Assembly (NCBI GenBank): GCA_000697335.1
Contig: JNEM01013874.1
Coordinates: forward strand, 61,548-81,547
Source: Conidiobolus incongruus B7586
Lineage: Eukaryota
Reading direction: 5' to 3'
DNA length: 20,000 nt
A program made the translations under genes and the position numbers. Positions 1-9,695 of this stretch are shown one piece after another (within the stretch, counting starts at the first letter, position 1; every line of letters begins with the position of its first letter). The notes beneath the pieces were generated by a model. That model did no database searches. It worked only from the letters and a program-made list of their open reading frames with translations, and was not told the DNA's origin.

Positions 1-1189
1 GACATAATCCCATTAAACACCTTTAAATATTTTATTATAAATAACAAAAGTAATACTTGATAATAATAATAATAATAATAATTTATGCCATATTTAGAGT
101 AATATATCCAAATTAAATGATTACAAAATTTAAATTAAATTTTGAAAATTTCGAGTTTTATAAAAATCATTTTAATGATAATATCTCTATAAACTATATT
201 TTATTAATGTTTATAATAACTATAAAAAATTAAGTAAATTTTATTTAATTTTAATACGCTTACTTATTAAGTCTTATATTTAATATGATTCATCAAAATG
301 AATTCACTCTTGAATTAAAATAATATAAATTTTATGTAATGTCTAATTAGAACTGTTACACTAATTTTCTGCTCTAAGTAGTACATACTCTCAACTGTTG
401 ATTTTTCGTCATTTTTGTAGAAATAGACTTGCTATTAAGTTTATGTTGATTATGATAATATGATAAACCATGTAATTTTCATTTTTAGTTAGAGCAAGTT
501 TGAAATCAAGTTATTAATTATCATTAAATCGCTAGATTATCTAGATTTTTAAAAAATCATATTTTTTATTATAAAAAATATTTATAAAACATCCTTATTG
601 CTCAATGTATAATGTAATGACTTAAGTTTAAAGGTATTTTAGCCTATCAATCTGTTTTTATTCAACTAAATTTTGACTTAATCATCAATATTTATAAAAA
701 TCATTCTGTAGATTTTGATATTTTCTTAATTTGATGAAATAGCAAATTTTTATCAAATAATAAGGGGAACAAGATAGTGAACAAGTTTTTTTAATTATTT
801 TAATATAAATAATTGATCCATTTAAACTATTAAATAATATTATCCTAGTTACCAAAAGATATAATTTCATTTGATTTTATTATTAACAATTCAATCAATT
901 AAATATTATCTAATAACTAATACTTTTCAAGCCTATTTAATCCAACAATATACATATCCACAATTAAGAATGATCAATTTATCAAAAGTATATTTTTAAA
1001 CATAAGGAGTTTATCTATAACATTGTTAATAAATATACTCTGAAATAATATTTAACATAATGAATAATGAAAAATTAAATTAAGTTTTATTAATTATATA
1101 TAATATTAACATCAATTATTTCATCATTGGGATCACTTGGATATCAATGAGAAAATTATTGTCTAATAAATTACTCAGATTTAATTAAA

Positions 1190-1684
1190 TTAGAGGGCCA
1201 TGGCAGCGATGGATAAGACAACGGCTAGGGCACCAGAGCTAACTAAAGTTATAGAACCGCTGTTATTGGAAGAGATTTCACTGGCCTTGGGCTTTTCAGC
1301 ATCTTTGGTAGAGGTCTTATTGTCAGACTTGGAATCATCCTTATCCTTGTTATCCTTGTTGTCTTTGTCATCCTTGTTGTCTTTGTCGTCCTTGTCATCC
1401 TTCTTATCCTTGTCATCATTGTCTGACTTGGTACTCTTGGTGTAGCAGGTAGAGATGCAGGACACAAACTTAGTTTTATCTTCTTCCTTTTCACATTCTT
1501 TTCTGAAACAGTCAAGGGCAGTTTGAGCGTCATTGGGTTTGAGTTGGACATTGGGGATACATGGTTGAATACAGTTCAAATCAGTTCCACAGTTCTTTTC
1601 TTGTAGACATTTGAGACTATCTTGGCCAGCATCTTGAGCTAGTAAAGCGGATAACAAAGTAAAGAAAACGATTTTAGAGTTCAT
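1190..1684 (-). CDS. Secreted Cys-rich protein with Asp/Lys low-complexity linker and putative GPI-anchor signal (164 aa, intronless)
   Basis: N-terminal hydrophobic signal (MNSKIVFFTLLSALLA). Eight Cys in two 4-Cys blocks, each ending in CxxxC. DDKD/DNKD repeats. Small-residue omega-like region (SSNNSGS) followed by a hydrophobic C-terminus (ITLVSSGALAVVLSIAAMAL). GC content clearly above the flanks. Confidence 0.85.
   Translation of the reverse strand: MNSKIVFFTLLSALLAQDAGQDSLKCLQEKNCGTDLNCIQPCIPNVQLKPNDAQTALDCFRKECEKEEDKTKFVSCISTCYTKSTKSDNDDKDKKDDKDDKDNKDDKDNKDNKDKDDSKSDNKTSTKDAEKPKASEISSNNSGSITLVSSGALAVVLSIAAMAL
1330..1425 (-). repeat. Imperfect coding 9-nt tandem repeat (GAY-RAY-AAR; D-D/N-K)
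   Basis: Plus strand shows repeated tccttgtta/tctttgtca/tccttgttg units encoding DDKDKKDDKDDKDNKDDKDNKDNKDKDD. Boundaries approximate. Confidence 0.75.
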
Positions 1685-3602
1685 TGTTATTAATATCTTA
1701 AGTCAATTAATTGTTAAGAATCAACATTAAAATATTTGATCAAGATGGACTTAAATACTATTTCATGGATCAAATTTGATTACACCAAATCCTGCCTTAC
1801 AATCCAGTATGATTAGTTACAATAACTATTCAAATTAATTGGGGGGTAAAAACGGTATTTTCGTACTACATTTGTAGAATCATATATGAATTAATTAGGA
1901 GAGTTTAGGCAATAGGTATAGGGGTCAAAATTCTATGATTTCATTTGATAACTATTAATATTTAATGTTTAACAAAATATTCTCATTCGTATTTTATATT
2001 AACTGGTATGATATTTTATATTAATTTAAATTTTAATTAAGTCTTGCTAAGGTAACAAATATATTTATGTTATAATAATTTTTTTTATTTTAAAATTATT
2101 ATTGCACTAAAAATATTATTTTTAGTTTACATTTCTCATAAATGCTACGCCTTATCAATAAACTAATAATATATTGGATCAAACCAATTATGAAAATTTT
2201 ACCAGGTGGATATTCAAAATATTGTCTGATTTTATGAATGTTGGTCAGATTTGACCCAAAATATTCTTTCAAGTTAAATTTTAATTTCGCATGAGAAAGT
2301 TTGTATTTAATCTCTTAGTTATTATTTGATCGCGAACACCGACAAAAGTAGATATTAAAATATGACTCAATATCATTTATTATTTACAAGAATACATTAT
2401 AATATTGTTATAAAACTCATAAATTAGTTATTTAAACAAAACTATTGACTAGTACAAAATTTGAAATAATATAACAATCCACTTAATTAGAAATTATTAT
2501 AAATTTGATATATTTCAAGAATAAAAAAATATAATTATTTTTCAAATAAATTGTGGAAAATTTTATCTCTTTCAAATATCTATTAATTCTTAAAAAATAT
2601 GATTTAATTTAGTTAGTACAAAAATAATTTTAATTCATAGTTATAAATAGATTGATTAATAGTGTAAATATTTAGTTTATAGAATATATATATTAACTAT
2701 TAAATACTGATGATTGATGGATTTAGATGTTACATGTATATATCAAATAGAGTTCAAATCTTAAAAATTGAGTTTATTTGTTTTTATAGTTAAAAATAGA
2801 AAAATTATGCATATTACAGTTGTCAAATGATTTTATCATATCGCATAAAACTGGATTATCGTGTTGTTAACCAATTGTGAAGTTTTAATCACACCTTTCA
2901 AAATTCAAATGATAATTATCAAATATTTCAGATAAATATTACAAACTTGTAATTTATAATAGCAGTATAAATCATTCATGTATATAAGCCTGAATTATTG
3001 TGGAAAGAAAAATTCATCAATTTATTAAGAATTTTATGGTATAATGAATTGGAATTATTTGGTAATGAATGAGAATTTTTAAATATTAATAATAACAAAA
3101 TTGAATTTTATTTGATTTGATATTTAAATATATTAATTTTTCAAATTATTTGATTTTCACGAAACTTTTTATCAAATAACGACTGACTATAATTAGAAAT
3201 ATTAATTATAAACACATTCTATATCATTTTTAAAATATATAATTGATCAAAAAGACCTACTCTTATATAATGCGAATGCTTAATATATAATATATATTAA
3301 ATATGTTCTATAATTATTTTAATTGAATTAAAGTATTTATTTTCAAAATTAATTAGAAAATTGATTAAATACTTTATGATTTTAACAAGTCAATTTAATG
3401 AAATTTGATAAGATATTTTGGTATATTATATATTGATGTATTAAAGAATTAATATTTAAACAATTTTTAACTTATAATGACATATATTTTAACCAATATA
3501 ATTACTATTAAAAATGAATCAATAAATATTAAAATAAAAATATTCATATACTAAATCAAAAATGTTAGTTAATGTTTTGATAAATTTAATAGTTCAAATA
3601 AA

Positions 3603-4385
3603 TTATTTAGATTTTTCATCTTTAGCTTGATTTTGAGCTTCTTGAGTTTTCATATTAATAACTTGTAAAACCACTATAATAATTTAGTTAATCTATGTAT
3701 TATTTAATAATGATGATGAATAAATTACCATCCATATTATTCTGTTTAGCACTAATATTTTGTTCTAAATCTTTTAATCCATTTTGGATAAATTCAGTTT
3801 TATCATCAAAATATTTAATGCCTTCATCTAAATTCTATTTTTTAATTAATATTAATATATCAAATAAAATATTATTAATAATTATTGAATATTTACCTTT
3901 TCAACGTAATAACCTGTACCTACATCAATAATAACTTTTTCAATATCTTTAACTTGGCCTGGAACATAGAGGTAAAATAGGAATAGAATTAAGGAAAAAA
4001 AATATAATATAAAAATTAATAATACAAAATATTTAGTTTATATGAAAAAGGATATAGATGACGTTAGTGGAATTAAAATTTTTTGATCTATAAAAATTAT
4101 TAATATTAGTTGATAAATAAACGAATATTTAATACTTTACCTTCTTCAGCAGTCTTTAAATTTTGTAAACAGCTACCGCAGTCTGCAAAAGTGGATTGAG
4201 CTCTTTTTAATTGGTTAAAGCTATTACTCAACACACTGATTTCCTATAATTTGAAAAATTAATTAATCTTCTAACACATATTATTTCTATATTACTTCAT
4301 CTAATTGAGTTCTAACTTGTTTTAACGCTGGTAAAGGTAGGGAAGTTAAATCAATTAACTCTTGCTTTTCTTGAGTTTTAGACAT
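3603..4385 (-). CDS. PFDN5: Prefoldin subunit 5 (alpha-type; PFDN5/Gim5), 6 exons, 158 aa
   Basis: Manually spliced exons 4385-4296, 4243-4141, 4087-4056, 3971-3897, 3834-3729, 3673-3603 total 477 nt and give an open frame: MSKTQEKQELIDLTSLPLPALKQVRTQLDEEISVLSNSFNQLKRAQSTF...[33 protein letters not shown]...; this contains the prefoldin-alpha [10 protein letters not shown] and [10 protein letters not shown] motifs. Confidence 0.95.
3972..4055 (-). other. U12-type (minor spliceosome) AT-AC intron, 84 nt, intron 3 of prefoldin 5
   Basis: Minus strand starts ATATCCTTTTT at 4055, has the branch site TTCCTTAAT at 3996-3988 and ends TTTTAC at 3972. Removing it joins PLTSS to LYVPG in phase 0. Without removal the frame hits TAA. 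Confidence 0.93.
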
Positions 4386-4724
4386 TTTTGTTTGCTATTC
4401 AATTTAATATTATTCAAATATTACATATTAATTATTCACTTTATAATAATTCATATAATTTTGGGAATGATTACAAGTATTATGGGAAAATATATAACAG
4501 TGATTTGATTTGAATTTATTAATTATTTTAAATATCAAGAATAGATAAAGCAACCAGCATTATATAGAATTATTATTTTTTATTTAACAATCAAATAATG
4601 TAGTCATTAAAACTTTTGATTTTTTACTTTAAAAAAACTTAATAAAATAAGTTTAGAGCATTTTTATTAAGCATAAATTACAATTTTAGGATCCTAGAAT
4701 ACACATGTGTCTAGAATATATTCA

Positions 4725-6250
4725 TTAACCGCCGATTAAAATCATAGGTCTATTTTTAATTTTTAGGATGTTATCGGCACCTCCGTGAGATGGTTTCTTC
4801 CTTTTCACTGCCATACTAATTAAATCCAGCATTTCTTCTTCTTGGATGTTGGATCTCAGCATATCTCTTAAACTTATTTCGGCATTGCCAAAGAGACATA
4901 CCTATAGAAAGATATAATTATTATGATTTAGTAAGGAATAGTTGGTATTAAATTACCTTTAGATTGCCGTCAGCTGTAATTCTTAACCTGTTGCAAGTAT
5001 TACAAAAGTGGTCCGTCATGGATGTAATAAAACCAAAATTGCCTTCATAATTGGGTATTTTATAATACTAATTAATTTCATTAATATTATATAATTATTA
5101 GAATGATAAATGTAATTACTTTGGTAGTATCATTAGGTCCATCCTTCAATTTATAATAATTGGGATATTTTTCTTTAATGGATTTTAATAATTCCTTATA
5201 TGGAACTAACTTGTTGTTCTTCCATTTGTTTCCTTTAAAGAATAATTAATATGAATTAATATAAAGACACTAATATATAAATATTTACCATCAAATGGCA
5301 TGTATTCAATAAAACGAACTTGTAATTTTTTATCTTTAGTTAATTCAATAAAATCGAGTACTTCCCTATCATTAATATTTTTCATTACTACAGTATTCAC
5401 TTTGACATTGGGAATGCCTATTGATACGGATTGATTTATACATTCTAGTACAGCCTCTAATCCTATAAAATTGTTAATTATATTATATTAGCTAATAATA
5501 CAAATGTATGAGTACCTTTTCTTCTTGTCATGATCTGAAACTGAAAAGGATCTAAAGTATCTAAACTCAAATTCAGACTATCTAAACCGGCGTCCTTTAA
5601 TTTAACTAATTTTCTCTTTAGAGCGATGCCATTGGATGTGATCCCAATACTCTTTAAACCAATTTGCTTTAATTCATTCAATCTACCTATAAATAACAAT
5701 GAATATGATATATTATATTTAATATTATCATGTTACTTATTAAATCTATCAAGTCAGGTCTCAGAGTTGGTTCACCTCCTGTCAACCTAATTTTGTCAAC
5801 ACCTTGCTCCACGAATAATTTAGCCAATTGCACAATTTCATCGGTTGTTAAAAGATGGTCTTTAGGTGTTAAAGGAACCCCTTCTTCAGGCATACAATAA
5901 GTACCTTTAAAATATTTATTAATAATAATTGAAGGAAGTTAATAAATATTACTTACAACGTAAATTACACTTTTCAGTTAAAGAAATCCTTAAATAAGTA
6001 TGATTTCTTTTATGTAAATCCGTCAATACAGGTAAATTTTCCTTAAATATAAAAATATTAATCTTATATTAATATATTTAATAAACATATTTAATACCTT
6101 AGCTAAATCATTTTCATAATTTAAACTCTCATTTTGAGTTTTAATTTTAGGGACTGCTGTCATCATAGTTTTATTAATTAATTGAAAATTTTGTCTTATC
6201 AAATTAGATGATAAATTCATTAATTTTAAATGATTTTTAATTATTATCAT
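4725..6250 (-). CDS. moaA: GTP 3',8-cyclase (MoaA/MOCS1A/Cnx2-type radical SAM enzyme of molybdenum cofactor biosynthesis), 8 exons, 383 aa
   Basis: Exons 6250-6098, 6041-5957, 5904-5737, 5686-5516, 5462-5289, 5232-5120, 5067-4957, 4901-4725 total 1152 nt in one frame. Motifs: [19 protein letters not shown] (CxxxCxxC), [44 protein letters not shown] (second Fe-S cluster) and C-terminal NRPMILIGG*. The N-terminal extension may be a mitochondrial presequence, and the start codon is less certain. Confidence 0.95.
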
Positions 6251-6484
6251 ACTGATTATTATTGTTATTATTATATTTTATATAATGAAAAAATTATTTT
6301 AAAAGGAAAAAAGATTTTATCCATCTTAGATGAAATGAAGTTAGTATTTATAATCAGTACCAATTCAATTGGATAAATTTAGATTTAAAATTAATTTATG
6401 TGAGTGTTACGATTTTTTGTTGGATTTTTTAAGAGTTAAATGAATTGAATAGGGATCCTAAAATTAATCACAAATTTAATTATT

Positions 6485-7424
6485 AATACCATACAACCCA
6501 TAATTTTATTAACCAATTGTAAGATATTTATTAATAAAATCAAGTCCCCATCATTATGTTTTAATTAAAAAATATAAAGTATTAATTTAGTTATAATAAG
6601 ACAATAGAAAGACGGATTATAATCTACCTCTAAGAAAGTTCCAAAGTCAATTTAGTAATGATATATTTAATTAATATTATAATAAAGATACTGTATTAAA
6701 TGCAACTGGCTTAAATCAAGGCAATTTATTATTTCAGAGGTTAAGCCAATTAAATTGGCATTTTAATCAAATTATTATATTCATTTGAAAAGAACTAAAC
6801 AAGCAATTATACGTTCTGATGATCAGGTAACTTGATATTCATTCAACAAAATAGACTATAGAACCCTATTTATTAAATCAAAAATCCAATTATAATGTTA
6901 GCTACTTTAAAGAATTGAGAGAAAGAGTAAATATTATTGATGTAAATTTGATTATTTTATTCAAAAAATGATTGAATTAGGATATCGGAATTATTGCTGG
7001 TTTATCTGTTGGAGAGGCTCATGCAAAACTACTTTTTAAAGAAACTATCGAACAATGCATACATCGCACTGGTGCAAATGATCCAGCATTTGGAGGACGT
7101 ATCAAGAATTTTACAGTGAAAATTATCCAAAAGCGTCTTATTGACCTGCCCGAAGACGAATCTCCTCAGTCCGTTCTATTTTTTACTCATGGATATGTTT
7201 TAAAATTCTTCAATGAGATCTTTCTCCCTTCATTCAATTTATCATTTCCAAGAAATGGCTCATTTTACCTTATCAAATTAATCTATGATACTCATCAATT
7301 GAAAAATCATCAAACTCTAATTATCCAAAGTTTGGGATATGATTGGATGATTTATAATAACATTGATCATTTAAACAATAAAAAAGCTATGAACCAAAAG
7401 GCAAATGTTATTTTAGTGCTTTAA
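6485..7424 (+). pseudogene. Histidine phosphatase (phosphoglycerate mutase-like) family pseudogene with introns
   Basis: Reconstructable pieces: FIIRQ* (stop TAG 6605-6607 where RHG is expected, plus a frameshift), TDYNLPLRKFQSQ, TVLNATGLNQG, a second frameshift near 6775-6785, LKRTKQ|T, ELRER|DIG, and an open last exon 6981-7424 containing SVLFFTHG. Putative introns 6803-6854 (GC-AG) and 6927-6980 (GT-AG). No clear ATG; the 5' boundary is approximate. Confidence 0.7.
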
Positions 7425-7543
7425 TAAACTTTAAGTAATTGATTAATTTTTTGTTTATTTATTTAATTTATTTTGCTATAAATTAATATTATTATAATTG
7501 AAATTTTTATAATAAATTGATTTGATATTGTTGTATTATTTAT

Positions 7544-7550
7544 TATAAAA
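7544..7550 (+). promoter_or_regulatory. Putative TATA box of the NmrA-like gene
   Basis: TATAAAA about 55 nt upstream of the ATG at 7601. Weak evidence because the background is very AT-rich. Confidence 0.3.
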
Positions 7551-7600
7551 ATCGTACCTGTTATCTCCTTAACCAGTATATAATTATTTAATTTTTTTTA

Positions 7601-8512
7601 ATGACCAAGTTACGGGTATTCATTTTTGCAGCTGATGAGACTTTGGGCTATGGAGTTGCCCATAGTCTCTTGAAATCGGATAAACTCAAAGATAATGTGG
7701 AGTATGTTGGGGCTGGTATCTTGGATGAATCTAAGCGCGAAGAATTGGAGAAGATGGGTGCTGAAGTTGTACAGTATAAGGAGAGTGATCTGAGTAATGT
7801 CAGAGATTCTTTGAGTAGGGTTAATGCTGCAGTCACTATTGCCCACTCACGTGACAATGGATTTGCTATTGCTATGGAGATGATGAATGAGATTGAGCAA
7901 GCCAATGTTGAATATGTCAAATTGATCTCTCAATGGAATTCTGAGAGATCACCCAGTGACAGCCCATTGAGAGGGTTTTACAATTTGGAAAAAATGTATG
8001 AAAACAAAAAATTTCAGGGAGCTATTGTTCAATGTGGGTTTTTAATTGATAATTTGATTCATATTTCTAAATCCGTAAGAGAGGAAGGAAAGCTTAAAAT
8101 GAATCTTGGTCATGGCAAAGTTGCACCTATTTCCAAGTGTGAAGTATCTTATGCAGTGGCTTGCGTTTTGGTTCATTATCGCAATTTTATTGATTCTTCT
8201 ACAAGATATAGAATTATACGTCTCACCGGAGCCAAACCTCACGATGGTAAGGAAATTGCAAAATGTATCAGCGAAGCAATTGATGAAGAGATCGAATATG
8301 ATGATATTTCTAGAGATGAAATGCAAGAATTACTGGAGGAGGAAGGATTATCTGAATATCATAGTGAAATGATTTTAGATATTTTTGAAATTGCCCAGAA
8401 CAATGAGTTTGAGAAGACAACCGACGAATATGAAAAAATTACTGGGGAGAAGCCAAAAGGTGTCAAACATTTTATTAAGAAAAACAATGATAATTTTAAG
8501 CCAAGTTATTAA
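7601..8512 (+). CDS. NmrA-like / atypical short-chain dehydrogenase-reductase (NAD(P)-binding Rossmann fold) protein, 303 aa, intronless
   Basis: Long GC-elevated ORF. N-terminal beta-alpha unit (VFIFAADETLGYGVAHSL), GAEVV, GKVAPISKCEVSYAVACVL, LTGAKPHDGKEIAKCISEAIDEEIEY and TTDEYEKITGEKP all fit the NmrA-like/SDR_a5 pattern. Confidence 0.85.
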   Translation: MTKLRVFIFAADETLGYGVAHSLLKSDKLKDNVEYVGAGILDESKREELEKMGAEVVQYKESDLSNVRDSLSRVNAAVTIAHSRDNGFAIAMEMMNEIEQANVEYVKLISQWNSERSPSDSPLRGFYNLEKMYENKKFQGAIVQCGFLIDNLIHISKSVREEGKLKMNLGHGKVAPISKCEVSYAVACVLVHYRNFIDSSTRYRIIRLTGAKPHDGKEIAKCISEAIDEEIEYDDISRDEMQELLEEEGLSEYHSEMILDIFEIAQNNEFEKTTDEYEKITGEKPKGVKHFIKKNNDNFKPSY

Positions 8513-9228
8513 TTAATATTTTTTATGTGTTGAATAATTATTATATAATCTATATATTGATTATATTTTATGTATTTATGAGTAAATATTTCTTTGGTGT
8601 AGTGTATCATGTGTTTTTTATAGTTCAAATAATCTCACTATACATACAAGTATACAATTTATATGCAGTAATATTTAGTATTATTCTCTCTTACCTTATC
8701 ACTTTAATATTCTATGGAAAATATTCCATTAACTATCAAACTCAACAATAAATCTTTGAATGGACTTTGTTTATTCAAATTGCAAATATTTAGTTCAATA
8801 TATAATAAAATTTTCAATCCTTTACTAATTATATATTAGTTATATTTCACAAATCAGCTTGATATTTGTTGAAGCAATAAATTTATTACTTGCATACTAA
8901 TTTATCAATCAATTTTAAGAAATATATTTAAATTGTTGAAATATTGGATATAAAAATAATAGACTAAATATCAATTTTTTAATTCAATTTACTGAGATAT
9001 ATAAATAGATTTTGAAATATATTTTAATACCTGATAATTGATATTGTTATAGAATGTTTGATAATATTTCCAAGATTTTAAATCACTTTGTAATCAATCA
9101 ATCCTCAATCAATAATCATGTAATATAATCACTAAATAATTTAAACTATTAAAAATTATAACAAAAATACGAATGATTTTTTCAAAGGTATATAATTCAT
9201 TGGCAATAAAATAACCATCAGTAAATAT

Positions 9229-9506
9229 TTAATAATCATTTTTGAATTCCCACCTTAAATGAATACTAGAATTAATAACAATCCTCGACGTTCTGATAGT
9301 AAGCTAGTTTTGTAAAGCTCTTTTCCGCCAAGTATTAAATTGTTATTGTTTTTTTGAAGAGGTAATATATCAAAAAATATCGTATTAAGTTTAACGTTCA
9401 ATTTTCGGAAATTGCGTTCTGTTATTTTGATATAGATTTACGCTTTGGAATAAGTACCGTTTTCAGCAAAAAATATTACAACATAGGGTCCTTCATATAT
9501 TTTCAT
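9229..9506 (-). pseudogene. Probable decayed ubiquitin-like gene
   Basis: Minus strand reads MKIYEGPYVVIFFAENGTYSKA*(9440-9438)...NLILGGKELYKTSLLSERRG, then after a frameshift VINSSIHLRWEFKNDY*. LILGGKEL..LLSE..SSIHLR parallels ubiquitin LIFAGKQL..TLSD..STLHLV. It lies about 190 nt downstream of an intact Ubl gene on the same strand. Confidence 0.5.
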
Positions 9507-9695
9507 AATCTTTTATTCAATTAAATGTTTTAATCAAAGGTTATTATAATTTTGAATAGTTAAAGGCTTAATTAGAATTAAGAATAGATTTATAGTATTG
9601 ATATATCTATTACATTTTTCAAAAACCAAAGTTTTTTATAAATCAATTACAATATTTATTAGCAAATGAGTACAAAGAGAAGGTATAATTCCACA

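Noticed and set aside
685..870. 61-aa minus-strand ORF and surrounding AT-rich sequence as a membrane-protein gene or relic
   Set aside because: The I/K/Y/L-rich composition is what AT-rich non-coding DNA yields, and no motif or consistent exon chain was found.
1200..1551. Overlapping ORFs 1200-1445 (+) and 1249-1551 (-)
   Set aside because: Shadow frames of the repeat-rich GPI-protein gene.
2140..2260. ILDQTNYENFTRWIFKIL, faintly like a copia Gag N-terminus (LxGxNYxxW)
   Set aside because: Too short, bounded by stops, and without supporting downstream domains.
3695..3931. 78-aa plus-strand ORF
   Set aside because: Antisense to prefoldin 5 exons and introns.
5206..6250. Four separate short minus-strand ORFs in the ORF track
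   Set aside because: They are exons of the single moaA gene read through into introns.
7610..8751. Small ORFs overlapping or following the NmrA-like gene
   Set aside because: Antisense or alternate-frame shadows. 8527-8751 is low-complexity AT-rich 3' flank with a non-ATG start.
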